A stretch of DNA of 64,000 nt from Candidatus Eiseniibacteriota bacterium (GTDB lineage: Bacteria; Eisenbacteria; RBG-16-71-46; CAVPCR01). Made by a program: the position numbers and the translations under genes. The DNA lies in contig CAWGMA010000001.1 in assembly GCA_963823555.1 (NCBI GenBank), positions 160,001 through 224,000 on the forward strand. The letters are read 5' to 3'. A model generated the notes under the pieces. It was not told the origin of the DNA. It saw nothing but the letters and a program-made list of their open reading frames with translations, and searched no databases. Each line of letters starts with the position of its first letter. The stretch's first letter is position 1. Positions 1 through 8,123 of the stretch are shown piece after piece.

Positions 1-1223
1 GGCGGGTGCGTCGCATTCCAGAATACGAGGAAGGGGTGCGGCAGCAGATTCGAGCGGTTGCTCCGCGCCATCTCCACCTTCATGGCGATGAAGGTGGCGG
101 GGTCGCCGGTGAGCTCGAGCGAAACGCGGTCCGACTGCCGCTCGAAGTGCCGGCTCACGGCGTTGCCGATCGGAGCCACGGCGATCGTGGCGGCCGAGAC
201 CAGCGCCAGGAGCACGGGCACGAGAGCCGGATCGGCCGGTCCGGTGAGGCGGGCTGCGGCGAGCAGGGAGGGGCTTGCCAGGAGCCGCCACAGGAGCATG
301 AATCCGATCGCCATACCGGCAACACTCAGCGCCCATCCCTTGAGCACGTGCTGGCGTTGCCAGTGCCCGATCTCGTGGGCGACCACCGCCAGAACCTGCC
401 GCACGTCGTGCTGCTCGCTCAACGTGTCGTAGAGGTAGATCTCGCGGCGGTCCCCGATGCCCGTGAAGAAGGCGTTGGTGTGCGCCGAGATGCGGCTCTG
501 ATCGATGACGCGGATCTCCTTGACGGGGACTCCGGCACGCGCGGCGAGCTCGGTCACGCCGTCGCGAAGCGGTCCAGGTTCGAGGGGGGACACGGTGTAG
601 AAGAGGGGCAGGATGAGCGTATGCCACGCGATCGCGAACACGAAGGTGGCCACAGCAGCGACCGGTGTGATGACCGCGGGCCATGAACGCGGGAATCGGC
701 GCAGGACCGCGAAAAATACCGCGAACAGGAAGAGCTCGATGAGGAGGGAAACGGCATGCCCCTTGGCGAGGCGCAGCAGCCAGGGACCGAAGGCAAGCCG
801 GCGGAAGCCGAATCGTCCCTCCAGCACGTAGCCGTGGTAGTAGTCGATGGGCAACTGCAGAAGGCGGAGCCCTGCACCCAGGATGAGCGCGACCAGGATC
901 GCCGCGAGAAGCGGTTGGCCGCCGGAGAGGGCGAGGCTCCTGTCCGCCAGCCAGCGCCCGCCGCCCGCCAGGAGACAGAGGGCCAGGACCCCGAAGAAGA
1001 TGCAGTCGCGCGCCACCCCGCCCGGGATGAACGACTGCCGGTACTGGCGGCCGGTCTCGATGTCCTCGCTCGTGAAGTAGCGAAGGACCCGCTCTTGCCA
1101 CCCGGGATCGCGGTTGCCGCGTGCGGCCAGGCCGGCCTCCAGGAAGGACCAGAGAATCGGCAGCGCGACGATGAGAACAAGGAGCAGGCGGGCGGTGTCC
1201 AGGCCACGTGGTCGGGCGTCCAT
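1..1223 (-). CDS. M48 (Ste24-like) membrane zinc metalloprotease, 3' end runs off the window
   Basis: Not in the ORF track. Manual translation from ATG at 1223 (MDARPRGLDTARLLLVL...) gives TM segments, NAFFTG, the HEIGH zinc motif (about 363-377) and a C-terminal THP motif. Confidence 0.85.
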   Translation of the reverse strand, partial: MDARPRGLDTARLLLVLIVALPILWSFLEAGLAARGNRDPGWQERVLRYFTSEDIETGRQYRQSFIPGGVARDCIFFGVLALCLLAGGGRWLADRSLALSGGQPLLAAILVALILGAGLRLLQLPIDYYHGYVLEGRFGFRRLAFGPWLLRLAKGHAVSLLIELFLFAVFFAVLRRFPRSWPAVITPVAAVATFVFAIAWHTLILPLFYTVSPLEPGPLRDGVTELAARAGVPVKEIRVIDQSRISAHTNAFFTGIGDRREIYLYDTLSEQHDVRQVLAVVAHEIGHWQRQHVLKGWALSVAGMAIGFMLLWRLLASPSLLAAARLTGPADPALVPVLLALVSAATIAVAPIGNAVSRHFERQSDRVSLELTGDPATFIAMKVEMARSNRSNLLPHPFLVFWNATHP

Positions 1224-1276
1224 GACGGAAGTCTAGCGCACGGGCCGCGGGGGCGGGAATCCCGTTGCGCAGGGGG

Positions 1277-2284
1277 CTACTTCCGGGAGCCCGAACCGAT
1301 CCGCTCGCGGGCGATGAGCCCGGCTCCCAGCGCCACGGCGTCATCGCCGAGGCGCGCCAAGGTGATGCGCACCCGGCGCTCCCGGTCGGGAAGAAGGAAT
1401 CTCTCCCGGGCGCTCCGGCGGATGCCGACCACGAAACGCGGGCCCAGCGCTTCGATGAGCCCACCGCCGAAGACGACGACACCCGGGTCGAGCAGGTTGA
1501 CGAGGTTCCCGGCGAGTACGCCGAGGGCCTTCTGGGCGCGGGTCAGCACCTCCATGGTGAGGGCGTCACGCGCCCGGTAGGCGTCAGCAATAGCGCTCGA
1601 GCGTAGGATCTGGCGGGTATCATCACCAGCCATGAAGAACGGTGAAAGCTGAGTCTCGCGTCCGGCCTCGACCGCGGCGTGAATGGCGCGGACGACCCCG
1701 CTCCGGCTGGCGATCGCCTCGATGCAACCGCGGCGCCCGCAGCCGCACAGACGATCATCCGCCACGATCGCCATGTGGCCGATCTCCCCGGCAGCCTGGC
1801 GCATCCCTTCATGGATCCGGCCGCCGAGGACGATTCCGCCGCCGATTCCGGTGCCGACGAAGATGCCGATGAGATCGCCTCTGCCCCGTCCCGCCCCCAG
1901 GCGATGTTCGGCGAAGGCTCCGGCATTGGCGTCGTTCTCGAGCGCGAAGGGAATGTCGAGTTCCTTGCCGAGCAGCTCGGGTAGCGGCACCTCATCGAAA
2001 CCGCGCAGGTTCGGGGCGGTCCGGACGATGCCGGATTCCGGGTCGATCACGCCGGGAGCGGCGATGCCCGCGGCTCCGATCCGGCGGCGTGGAACGCGCG
2101 CCCGGCGTATCGCCAGGCGGGCCGTGTGGGCGATGCGCGCGACCACCCGCTCCACACCCTCATCACCGCCGGTTCGCGCGCGGGCGCGGCCGAGCAGCCG
2201 GCCCCGGCGGTCGGTGACGAGGGCGAGGATCTTGGTGCCCCCGAGGTCGATGCCCAGCGTGAGCTTCCCGCGCTGTGGCTTCAC
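1277..2284 (-). CDS. ROK family sugar kinase (glucokinase-like)
   Basis: GIDLGGT, ENDANA, GTGIGGG, GEIGH and CGCGRRGCIE motifs. Confidence 0.9.
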   Translation of the reverse strand: MKPQRGKLTLGIDLGGTKILALVTDRRGRLLGRARARTGGDEGVERVVARIAHTARLAIRRARVPRRRIGAAGIAAPGVIDPESGIVRTAPNLRGFDEVPLPELLGKELDIPFALENDANAGAFAEHRLGAGRGRGDLIGIFVGTGIGGGIVLGGRIHEGMRQAAGEIGHMAIVADDRLCGCGRRGCIEAIASRSGVVRAIHAAVEAGRETQLSPFFMAGDDTRQILRSSAIADAYRARDALTMEVLTRAQKALGVLAGNLVNLLDPGVVVFGGGLIEALGPRFVVGIRRSARERFLLPDRERRVRITLARLGDDAVALGAGLIARERIGSGSRK

Positions 2285-2407
2285 GGCCGCTCCTCAATCA
2301 TGATCTTTCCTCTCAGATGGAATGGGTCGCCGCGCGTCTTGCCGTGAGATTGCCAGTCGCCAATCCCACCCTTGCCCCTGGCGGCCGGGTCCACGTAGGC
2401 TCAAGCG

Positions 2408-2863
2408 ATGACCCCAGCCGAGACGCACTCGCAGCAGGACGGCGGTGAGCGCCAGCACCGGAACCTGCAGGCCTGCGCCATTCCGTATCGTATCGAAGCC
2501 GGCACCATACAGTATCTCCTGGTCACGACCTCGAGTGGAGACCACTGGATCTTTCCCAAGGGTATCGTGGATCCTGGATTCACGCCGGCCGAGGCCGCCT
2601 TGCAGGAGGCCTTCGAGGAGGCCGGTGTGCGCGGCGAGCTCTCTCCTCGACCGCTGGCCTCTTTCGAGCGGCACAAGTGGGGACGCCAGTGGGAGGTCCA
2701 CGTGTTCAGCTTGAGCTGCGAGATCTTGGCCGAGGACTGGCTCGAGAACTGGCGCCAGCGACGCTGGGCGAACTACGACGAGGCGAGAAAGCTGCTCGAG
2801 AAGCCCATGGCCCGAGCCCTCCGTGAGGTCCATCGCACTCTGACCGGGGAGAGCGGCGAGTGA
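2408..2863 (+). CDS. NUDIX hydrolase
   Basis: Nudix box WIFPKG...AALQEAFEEAGV. Confidence 0.85.
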   Translation: MTPAETHSQQDGGERQHRNLQACAIPYRIEAGTIQYLLVTTSSGDHWIFPKGIVDPGFTPAEAALQEAFEEAGVRGELSPRPLASFERHKWGRQWEVHVFSLSCEILAEDWLENWRQRRWANYDEARKLLEKPMARALREVHRTLTGESGE

Positions 2864-2932
2864 CCGGCCGGAGGCACTCTGGAGCCCAGCACTCATGCCC
2901 ACCATCATGACCGCCTCGGCAACCGTAGCCGA

Positions 2933-3646
2933 TCAGGCGTTGCCGTAGACGGGGATCGCGGCTCCGTGGATCACGCGCGCTGCATCAGAGCACAGGAAGA
3001 CGATGACGCTCGCGATCTCCTCCGGTCGCGGCCAGCGCGTATGATCGGCCTCCGGCATCGCGGCGCGGTTTGCGGCAGTATCGAAGATGCTCGGCACCAC
3101 CGAGTTGACGTTGATCCCGCTCCCCTTGACTTCCTCGGCGAGTGAATCGAAGAGCGCAAGCGCTGCCGCCTTGGAGGCCGCATACGCGGCGGCTCCGGGC
3201 GCGCGAGCATGGCCCGCCCGCGCGGCGACCTGGACGATCGATCCGCGCCCCGCTTCAAGCATGACGGGTACCGTGGCGCGAGCGAGGAGGAAACCGGGAG
3301 TCAGGTTGAGCGCCAGCATGCGATCGAGGACCCGCGAATCCGCCGCCCAGAGGTTCTCCCCTCCCGCGTAGCCGCCGGCTGCATTGACCAGGGCATCGAG
3401 ACGGCCCTCGCGGGCCACGAGGTCGCGGACCAGCGAACGGACCGCATCGGCATCGGTCAGGTCCACGTTGGCTGCGGTGAGGCATGCGGCGTCTGGTCCC
3501 GCCGCTTCACGCAATGCGGCAACATCCTCCATCCGGCGTGTCGTGACGGTGACGCGCGCCCCGCGCGCGAGGAAGGCAAGGCTGACCGCTCTGCCGAGGG
3601 CCCCTGTCCCTCCAGCCACAAGCACGATCTGGCCCTTGGTGGACAT
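2933..3646 (-). CDS. SDR family oxidoreductase
   Basis: GGTGALG Rossmann motif, NAAG and YAASK; ATG at 3646 with GGAGGTG RBS. Confidence 0.9.
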   Translation of the reverse strand: MSTKGQIVLVAGGTGALGRAVSLAFLARGARVTVTTRRMEDVAALREAAGPDAACLTAANVDLTDADAVRSLVRDLVAREGRLDALVNAAGGYAGGENLWAADSRVLDRMLALNLTPGFLLARATVPVMLEAGRGSIVQVAARAGHARAPGAAAYAASKAAALALFDSLAEEVKGSGINVNSVVPSIFDTAANRAAMPEADHTRWPRPEEIASVIVFLCSDAARVIHGAAIPVYGNA

Positions 3647-3701
3647 GGTTTTCACCTCCGGGGCGAGAGTTCCCTGCCCCCCCCTCAGGGTCGCCGATCG
3701 C

Positions 3702-6179
3702 CTAGCTGCCGCCCAGCCCGCGGGGCCCGCCACCCCTCATCTGGGCGGCGCTGCCCCCGAGCGGCCGCGCGATGTACTGATCGAAGATCCGGTTGTCGCA
3801 GAGTCGGCGCAGGTAGGCGGCTTCCAGCTCGGGAAACTGGCGGAAGATCTCGCCGACCAGGAGCTCGGTCTCCTGATCGATGGCCTTGCGGACATGTTCT
3901 GGAAGCGCCGGTGCTCCGGGCCCCGCTCCCGGTGAGCGGACGTTGGCCAGGTACTCGATATAGATGAAATCGCCCTGACGCACCAGCCCGACGACTCGAT
4001 CGAGGGCATCGGCGCGGAGCCCGTTGTTGACCGCAGTCAGTCGCTGTGCCAGTCGAGTCTGGAGCTGGGCGTCGACTTCGAGCCGAAGCTCGCGTCCAAC
4101 GCGAGGGGGAGCCAGAGCCAAGGTCTTGATCAGCGGCGTCCAGGGATCGTCCCAGGTCGGATGCTCGCTGGCCTGGTAGAAGACGGTGTAGCGCGGACTG
4201 CGTCCGAGCAAGAAAGAGGGTGGAGGCTCCCCGTAGTAGTCCGACTCATCCATGACTCCAGACCAGTCGGAGGGGCAGAAGAAGAGCTTGATGAAGGGGT
4301 GGTAGAGATATCCATCGGGGTGATGGATATTCACTGCCGCATTCTCGAGGCGGAAGTAGAGAGCAACTTGAGCGCCCTCCCATCGGCTCGGTGCGCGAGC
4401 GGCGCTCTGCGCCGCGATCGTCCATCCCGGAGGCATCACGGCGGCGAGGGTGGTGGCGATGGGGTCGGCACCGGTTGCCGCTGTCGGTACCCTCTCATCG
4501 GCCCCGGCGGGATGACGCACCAGCAGCATCGACGCGCAGCATGCCGTGACGAGCCAGAAGAGGATGCTCGGAGTGGTCCGTCTGGCGGCCGATCGGGATG
4601 CGGGTTGGTGGCTGGTACGAGCCGGATCCGGCTGGGACCGCGGATCCGAGCCGACCGGCAGCACGAGGCGCGCCAGAGCTCCGCCCTGGGGCCGGTTCCT
4701 GAGCTCGAACTGGCCATGGTGGTCATGCACGATCTTCGTGACCACGGCGACCCCGAGTCCGCTGCCACCCTTCTTCGTGGACACGTACGGTTCGCCCACA
4801 TGGTCCAGGATCTCGGGAGGCAGTCCAGGACCGGTGTCGGCGATCTCGACCACCACGGCGCGTTCCCCTTCACCGCGAGGAGCGACCTCACCGCGAACGA
4901 GGAGCTCGCCGCCGTCCGGCATCGCTTCGACCGCATTCTTGAACAGGTTGTTGAACACCTGGCGCAGGAGGCGGGCATCGCCTTCGACCGGAGGCAGATC
5001 GGGCGCCAGTTCGAGCCGGCAGCGGATGCTGGCATTGCAGTACAGCTCGATCGCCTCGCCGAGGAGCGGTGCCAGCTGGACAGGACCGAGCTCGGGAGCC
5101 GGCAGCTTGGCCAGTCGAGAGAACTCATCCGCCATGTGGCGCAAGCTCTCCACTTCGCCGAGGATCGCATCGAGCGACTCATGAAGGCGGGTCTGCCCCT
5201 CACGACCGACGTCCGCGTCAGGGACCGGGGTCGATCCCAGCTCCTGCTTCAGGCGATGGATGGCAAACTGGATCGGCGTTAGCGGGTTCTTTATTTCGTG
5301 CGCAACTCTTCGTGCCACGTCCTGCCACGCCGCGAGGCGCTCGGCGCGTCTCAGATCGCGCCGCGAGCGCTCGAGCTCAGCGGCCATGCGGTTGAAGGAG
5401 TTGACGAGGTACGCCATCTCTTGATCGCCGGAAGGCGCGAGGGCGGGCGTCTGTTCGCCGCGCCCCAGTCGCTCCATGGCCAGGACCAGATCCTCGATCG
5501 GACGTGTCAGGCCGCGCGCCATGAAGCGGGCGAGAACGATGGCGGTGACCAGCACCATGAGGGCCACGAACCCGGTCGAGATCCATACCCATCCTTTCGA
5601 CACGGCCAGGTATAGCTTGAGCCGGTCGAAGAGGCTTGCGCCACGGCGCGCCTCGGCAATCTGCGCGAAGAACTCGGGAGGAATGGCGTAACCGCCGACG
5701 ATGACGCGCAGTGCCGCCGAGTCAGCAGCGGCGATGGCGATGAGGAAGCCCTCCGGCTTCTCGATCAAGCGGCTGGCATCGAGAGCGGCCGCGATCTCTT
5801 CCGAGGTCAACAGGAGGCCCGTGGCCGAAGCCTCGGCCTGGCGCAGCGCATAGCGACCGTCCTCGCGCTCGTAGACCCGGAGGATATCGAGACCCCCGGG
5901 TGCGGCCTGGCCCTCGGCCATGCCCTCGACGGCTTCCAGCAGGTGTTCCTTGAGTGCGCGGAGCGCAACGCGCGCCGCTCCCATCGAGCTGTCCACCGTG
6001 CGCTCGACGCCTGGATTGCCCCAGAACTCGATCGAGCGCGAGAGTCGCTGCGAGATGACGAGGGTGAGCGTGAGGCAGGGGATGACGGCCAGGGCAATGA
6101 AGGCGGCAAGGAGCCGTGTGCGCAAGGAGATGGGTGGCAACCACCTCCGCCTGTGACGTGCCGGTCGCTGTCCGGACAT
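3702..6179 (-). CDS. NtrY-like HAMP sensor histidine kinase with an in-frame C-terminal extension of unknown function
   Basis: Two TM segments, HAMP, AHEIKNPLTPIQ H-box, NLFKNA, DTGPG and GSGLG; about 300 extra residues follow the HATPase domain. Confidence 0.8.
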   Translation of the reverse strand: MSGQRPARHRRRWLPPISLRTRLLAAFIALAVIPCLTLTLVISQRLSRSIEFWGNPGVERTVDSSMGAARVALRALKEHLLEAVEGMAEGQAAPGGLDILRVYEREDGRYALRQAEASATGLLLTSEEIAAALDASRLIEKPEGFLIAIAAADSAALRVIVGGYAIPPEFFAQIAEARRGASLFDRLKLYLAVSKGWVWISTGFVALMVLVTAIVLARFMARGLTRPIEDLVLAMERLGRGEQTPALAPSGDQEMAYLVNSFNRMAAELERSRRDLRRAERLAAWQDVARRVAHEIKNPLTPIQFAIHRLKQELGSTPVPDADVGREGQTRLHESLDAILGEVESLRHMADEFSRLAKLPAPELGPVQLAPLLGEAIELYCNASIRCRLELAPDLPPVEGDARLLRQVFNNLFKNAVEAMPDGGELLVRGEVAPRGEGERAVVVEIADTGPGLPPEILDHVGEPYVSTKKGGSGLGVAVVTKIVHDHHGQFELRNRPQGGALARLVLPVGSDPRSQPDPARTSHQPASRSAARRTTPSILFWLVTACCASMLLVRHPAGADERVPTAATGADPIATTLAAVMPPGWTIAAQSAARAPSRWEGAQVALYFRLENAAVNIHHPDGYLYHPFIKLFFCPSDWSGVMDESDYYGEPPPSFLLGRSPRYTVFYQASEHPTWDDPWTPLIKTLALAPPRVGRELRLEVDAQLQTRLAQRLTAVNNGLRADALDRVVGLVRQGDFIYIEYLANVRSPGAGPGAPALPEHVRKAIDQETELLVGEIFRQFPELEAAYLRRLCDNRIFDQYIARPLGGSAAQMRGGGPRGLGGS

Positions 6180-6182
6180 CGT

Positions 6183-7343
6183 CTAGGTCTCCGCCTGCTT
6201 CGCCTGGGCTCGCCGGCTGCGTCGTGGCCTGCGGGGAACGGACTGCGCGAGCTGGCCGCACGCCGCGAAGATATCCTTGCCCTGACTACGCCGCAAGGTG
6301 ACCGCCACCACTCGCGGCTCGAGAAGGTGGGCGAAGTGCTCCATGCTCTCGGTGCTCGCTCGCTCGAAGTCAGGAAGCCCGGTGGGATTGTAGGGGATCA
6401 GATTGATCTTGCTCGCAGTACGGTTGGCGAAGCGAGCGAGCCGCCGGGCGTCGTCGGCCGAGTCGTTGACTCCGGCGAGGAGCACGTACTCGATCGTGGA
6501 CCGTTCACCGCTGCGTTCGGCATGCTCGCGCATCGCCGTGGCGAGCGCTTCCATCGCGTAGCGACGGTTCACCGGCATGAGCTCGTTGCGCTGGGGATCG
6601 GTCGTTGCTCCCAGGGACACGGCCAGTCGGACCTTCGGCCGCTCGCGGGCCAGGCGTCTGATCCCGGGGACGACACCAACCGTCGACAAGGTGATGCGCC
6701 TTGCGCTCAAGGCCAGACCTTCCTTGTGCGTGAGAATGTCGATGGCCCGGATCACCGCATCGAGATTGGCCATGGGCTCGCCCATGCCCATGAACACGAT
6801 GTTGAACCGCTCGGGGAGGGGCGCGATCGCGTCCAGGCCATAGACCTGGTCCACGATCTCGGCGGGGCTCAGGTTGCGCACGAATCCCATCTGTGCGGTG
6901 CGACAGAACCGGCAGCCAAATCCACACCCGACCTGGGACGAGAGACAGAGCGTGAGTCGGCCTGGCGTTGCGATCCGAACCGTCTCGATGCGGGCCCCGT
7001 CCGCCGCGACCAGGACGAACTTGCGGGTCTCGGTCTCCTGCGATCGTTGCTCTTCGACCACGGTGAGCGCCGGGATCGAGAACTCGCTGGCGAGGCGCTC
7101 GCGGAGGAGCGCGGGTAGATTCGTCATCGAAGCGAAGTCGCGGGCGCGCCGGGCATGCAGCCAGCCGAAGAGCTGGCGGGCGCGGAAAGGGCGGTCGCCG
7201 GCGGGAAGCGGGGCGATGGCGCGCACGAGGTCATCAGGCAGCGCCCCGAGCAGGCTGGGTCGTGTCTGAGAACCAGCCGCGGCCAGCGGCTCGATCGATA
7301 CCGCAGGCGAGTCTGATGCCGGCAGTGGCGGGCGATGGATCAC
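6183..7343 (-). CDS. rlmN: 23S rRNA (adenine2503-C2)-methyltransferase RlmN (radical SAM)
   Basis: CLSSQVGCGFGCRFC, MGMGEP and AACGQL motifs; start uncertain (GTG 7343 chosen). Confidence 0.9.
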   Translation of the reverse strand: MIHRPPLPASDSPAVSIEPLAAAGSQTRPSLLGALPDDLVRAIAPLPAGDRPFRARQLFGWLHARRARDFASMTNLPALLRERLASEFSIPALTVVEEQRSQETETRKFVLVAADGARIETVRIATPGRLTLCLSSQVGCGFGCRFCRTAQMGFVRNLSPAEIVDQVYGLDAIAPLPERFNIVFMGMGEPMANLDAVIRAIDILTHKEGLALSARRITLSTVGVVPGIRRLARERPKVRLAVSLGATTDPQRNELMPVNRRYAMEALATAMREHAERSGERSTIEYVLLAGVNDSADDARRLARFANRTASKINLIPYNPTGLPDFERASTESMEHFAHLLEPRVVAVTLRRSQGKDIFAACGQLAQSVPRRPRRSRRAQAKQAET

Positions 7344-7534
7344 GTGAACGTCTGGTTCGAGGTCGGCGCCCGAATGGGGAGCACGGGCGCGATGATGGAT
7401 GATGGATGCGGAAAGGACCACCTCACTCGCAACGCCAAAGGATATCACACCTTGTCAAAGCTGGCCGGTTCCGCCGGCCGGCCTGATCGCCTTGGAAGGG
7501 ACCCGCCTCTTTGCCCAGGGCCAGGAAGGTCCTG

Positions 7535-7550
7535 TTACAGGCAGGTATAA
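7535..7550. promoter_or_regulatory. Quasi-palindromic candidate operator TTACA-N6-TATAA
   Basis: ttacaggcaggtataa is 13/16 identical to taacagtcagatataa at 11270-11285. Confidence 0.45.
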
Positions 7551-7568
7551 AAAAGCTTGCGAACCCCG

Positions 7569-7596
7569 TTGACCCCCTCCGTTCCTGGGCTATGCT
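7569..7596 (+). promoter_or_regulatory. Sigma70-type promoter for the peptide/activator genes
   Basis: TTGACC-16nt-TATGCT. Confidence 0.55.
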
Positions 7597-7732
7597 GGTG
7601 CTGAGGGAGAAGTTCGCTCACTGACGGCGAGTGACTCCTCCGCGAGGTCCCCACATCCTCTCGAGGTTGTTCCCGGTGGTGCCGTCGAGCGAAAGCCGCA
7701 GTTCGCTGCGGGCGAAGGAGTTGACTTACCCC

Positions 7733-8068
7733 ATGTGTCGCCGAACGAGGTACTTGCTAATCCCTGCGTGCCTCCTCCTTCTCACGGCCGTGGTGCCCCC
7801 TCAGCCGGCCTTGGGCAATGGTGATCCAGACGAGGTCATCGAAAAGACCGAACCGTTTCCGCCGCTTCCACCCTTCCAGATTCCACCCTCGTCACCACCC
7901 GCGCACGGGTTCCAGGGAGACCCGGACGAGCTACCGGACGGGGGCTACGACGATGAGGGGGGCTCCGGAGGGCCGACGCTCCCCGGAGACAGCGGTATGC
8001 GCGGAACCGGAGACTGGATCTTCATGATGCTCAACGTGATGAGGCTCGCATTCTCGGCCGCGTATTGA
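7733..8068 (+). CDS. Small secreted protein / putative signalling pro-peptide (111 aa)
   Basis: AAGGAG upstream; signal peptide MCRRTRYLLIPACLLLLTAVVPPQPALG; GDPDE occurs twice; hydrophobic C-terminal helix. Confidence 0.65.
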   Translation: MCRRTRYLLIPACLLLLTAVVPPQPALGNGDPDEVIEKTEPFPPLPPFQIPPSSPPAHGFQGDPDELPDGGYDDEGGSGGPTLPGDSGMRGTGDWIFMMLNVMRLAFSAAY

Positions 8069-8123
8069 TCTCGTCGCTGTTCCACGACCCCGTGGCTAGC
8101 TCCCAGAGGTGCATGGGCACCGA

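Noticed and set aside
6..1580. Plus-strand ORFs 6-686 and 756-1580
   Set aside because: Shadows of the minus-strand M48 peptidase and ROK genes.
7603..7610. 8-bp complementarity between the peptide leader and the ncRNA P2 loop
   Set aside because: Too short and includes a GU pair; expected by chance.
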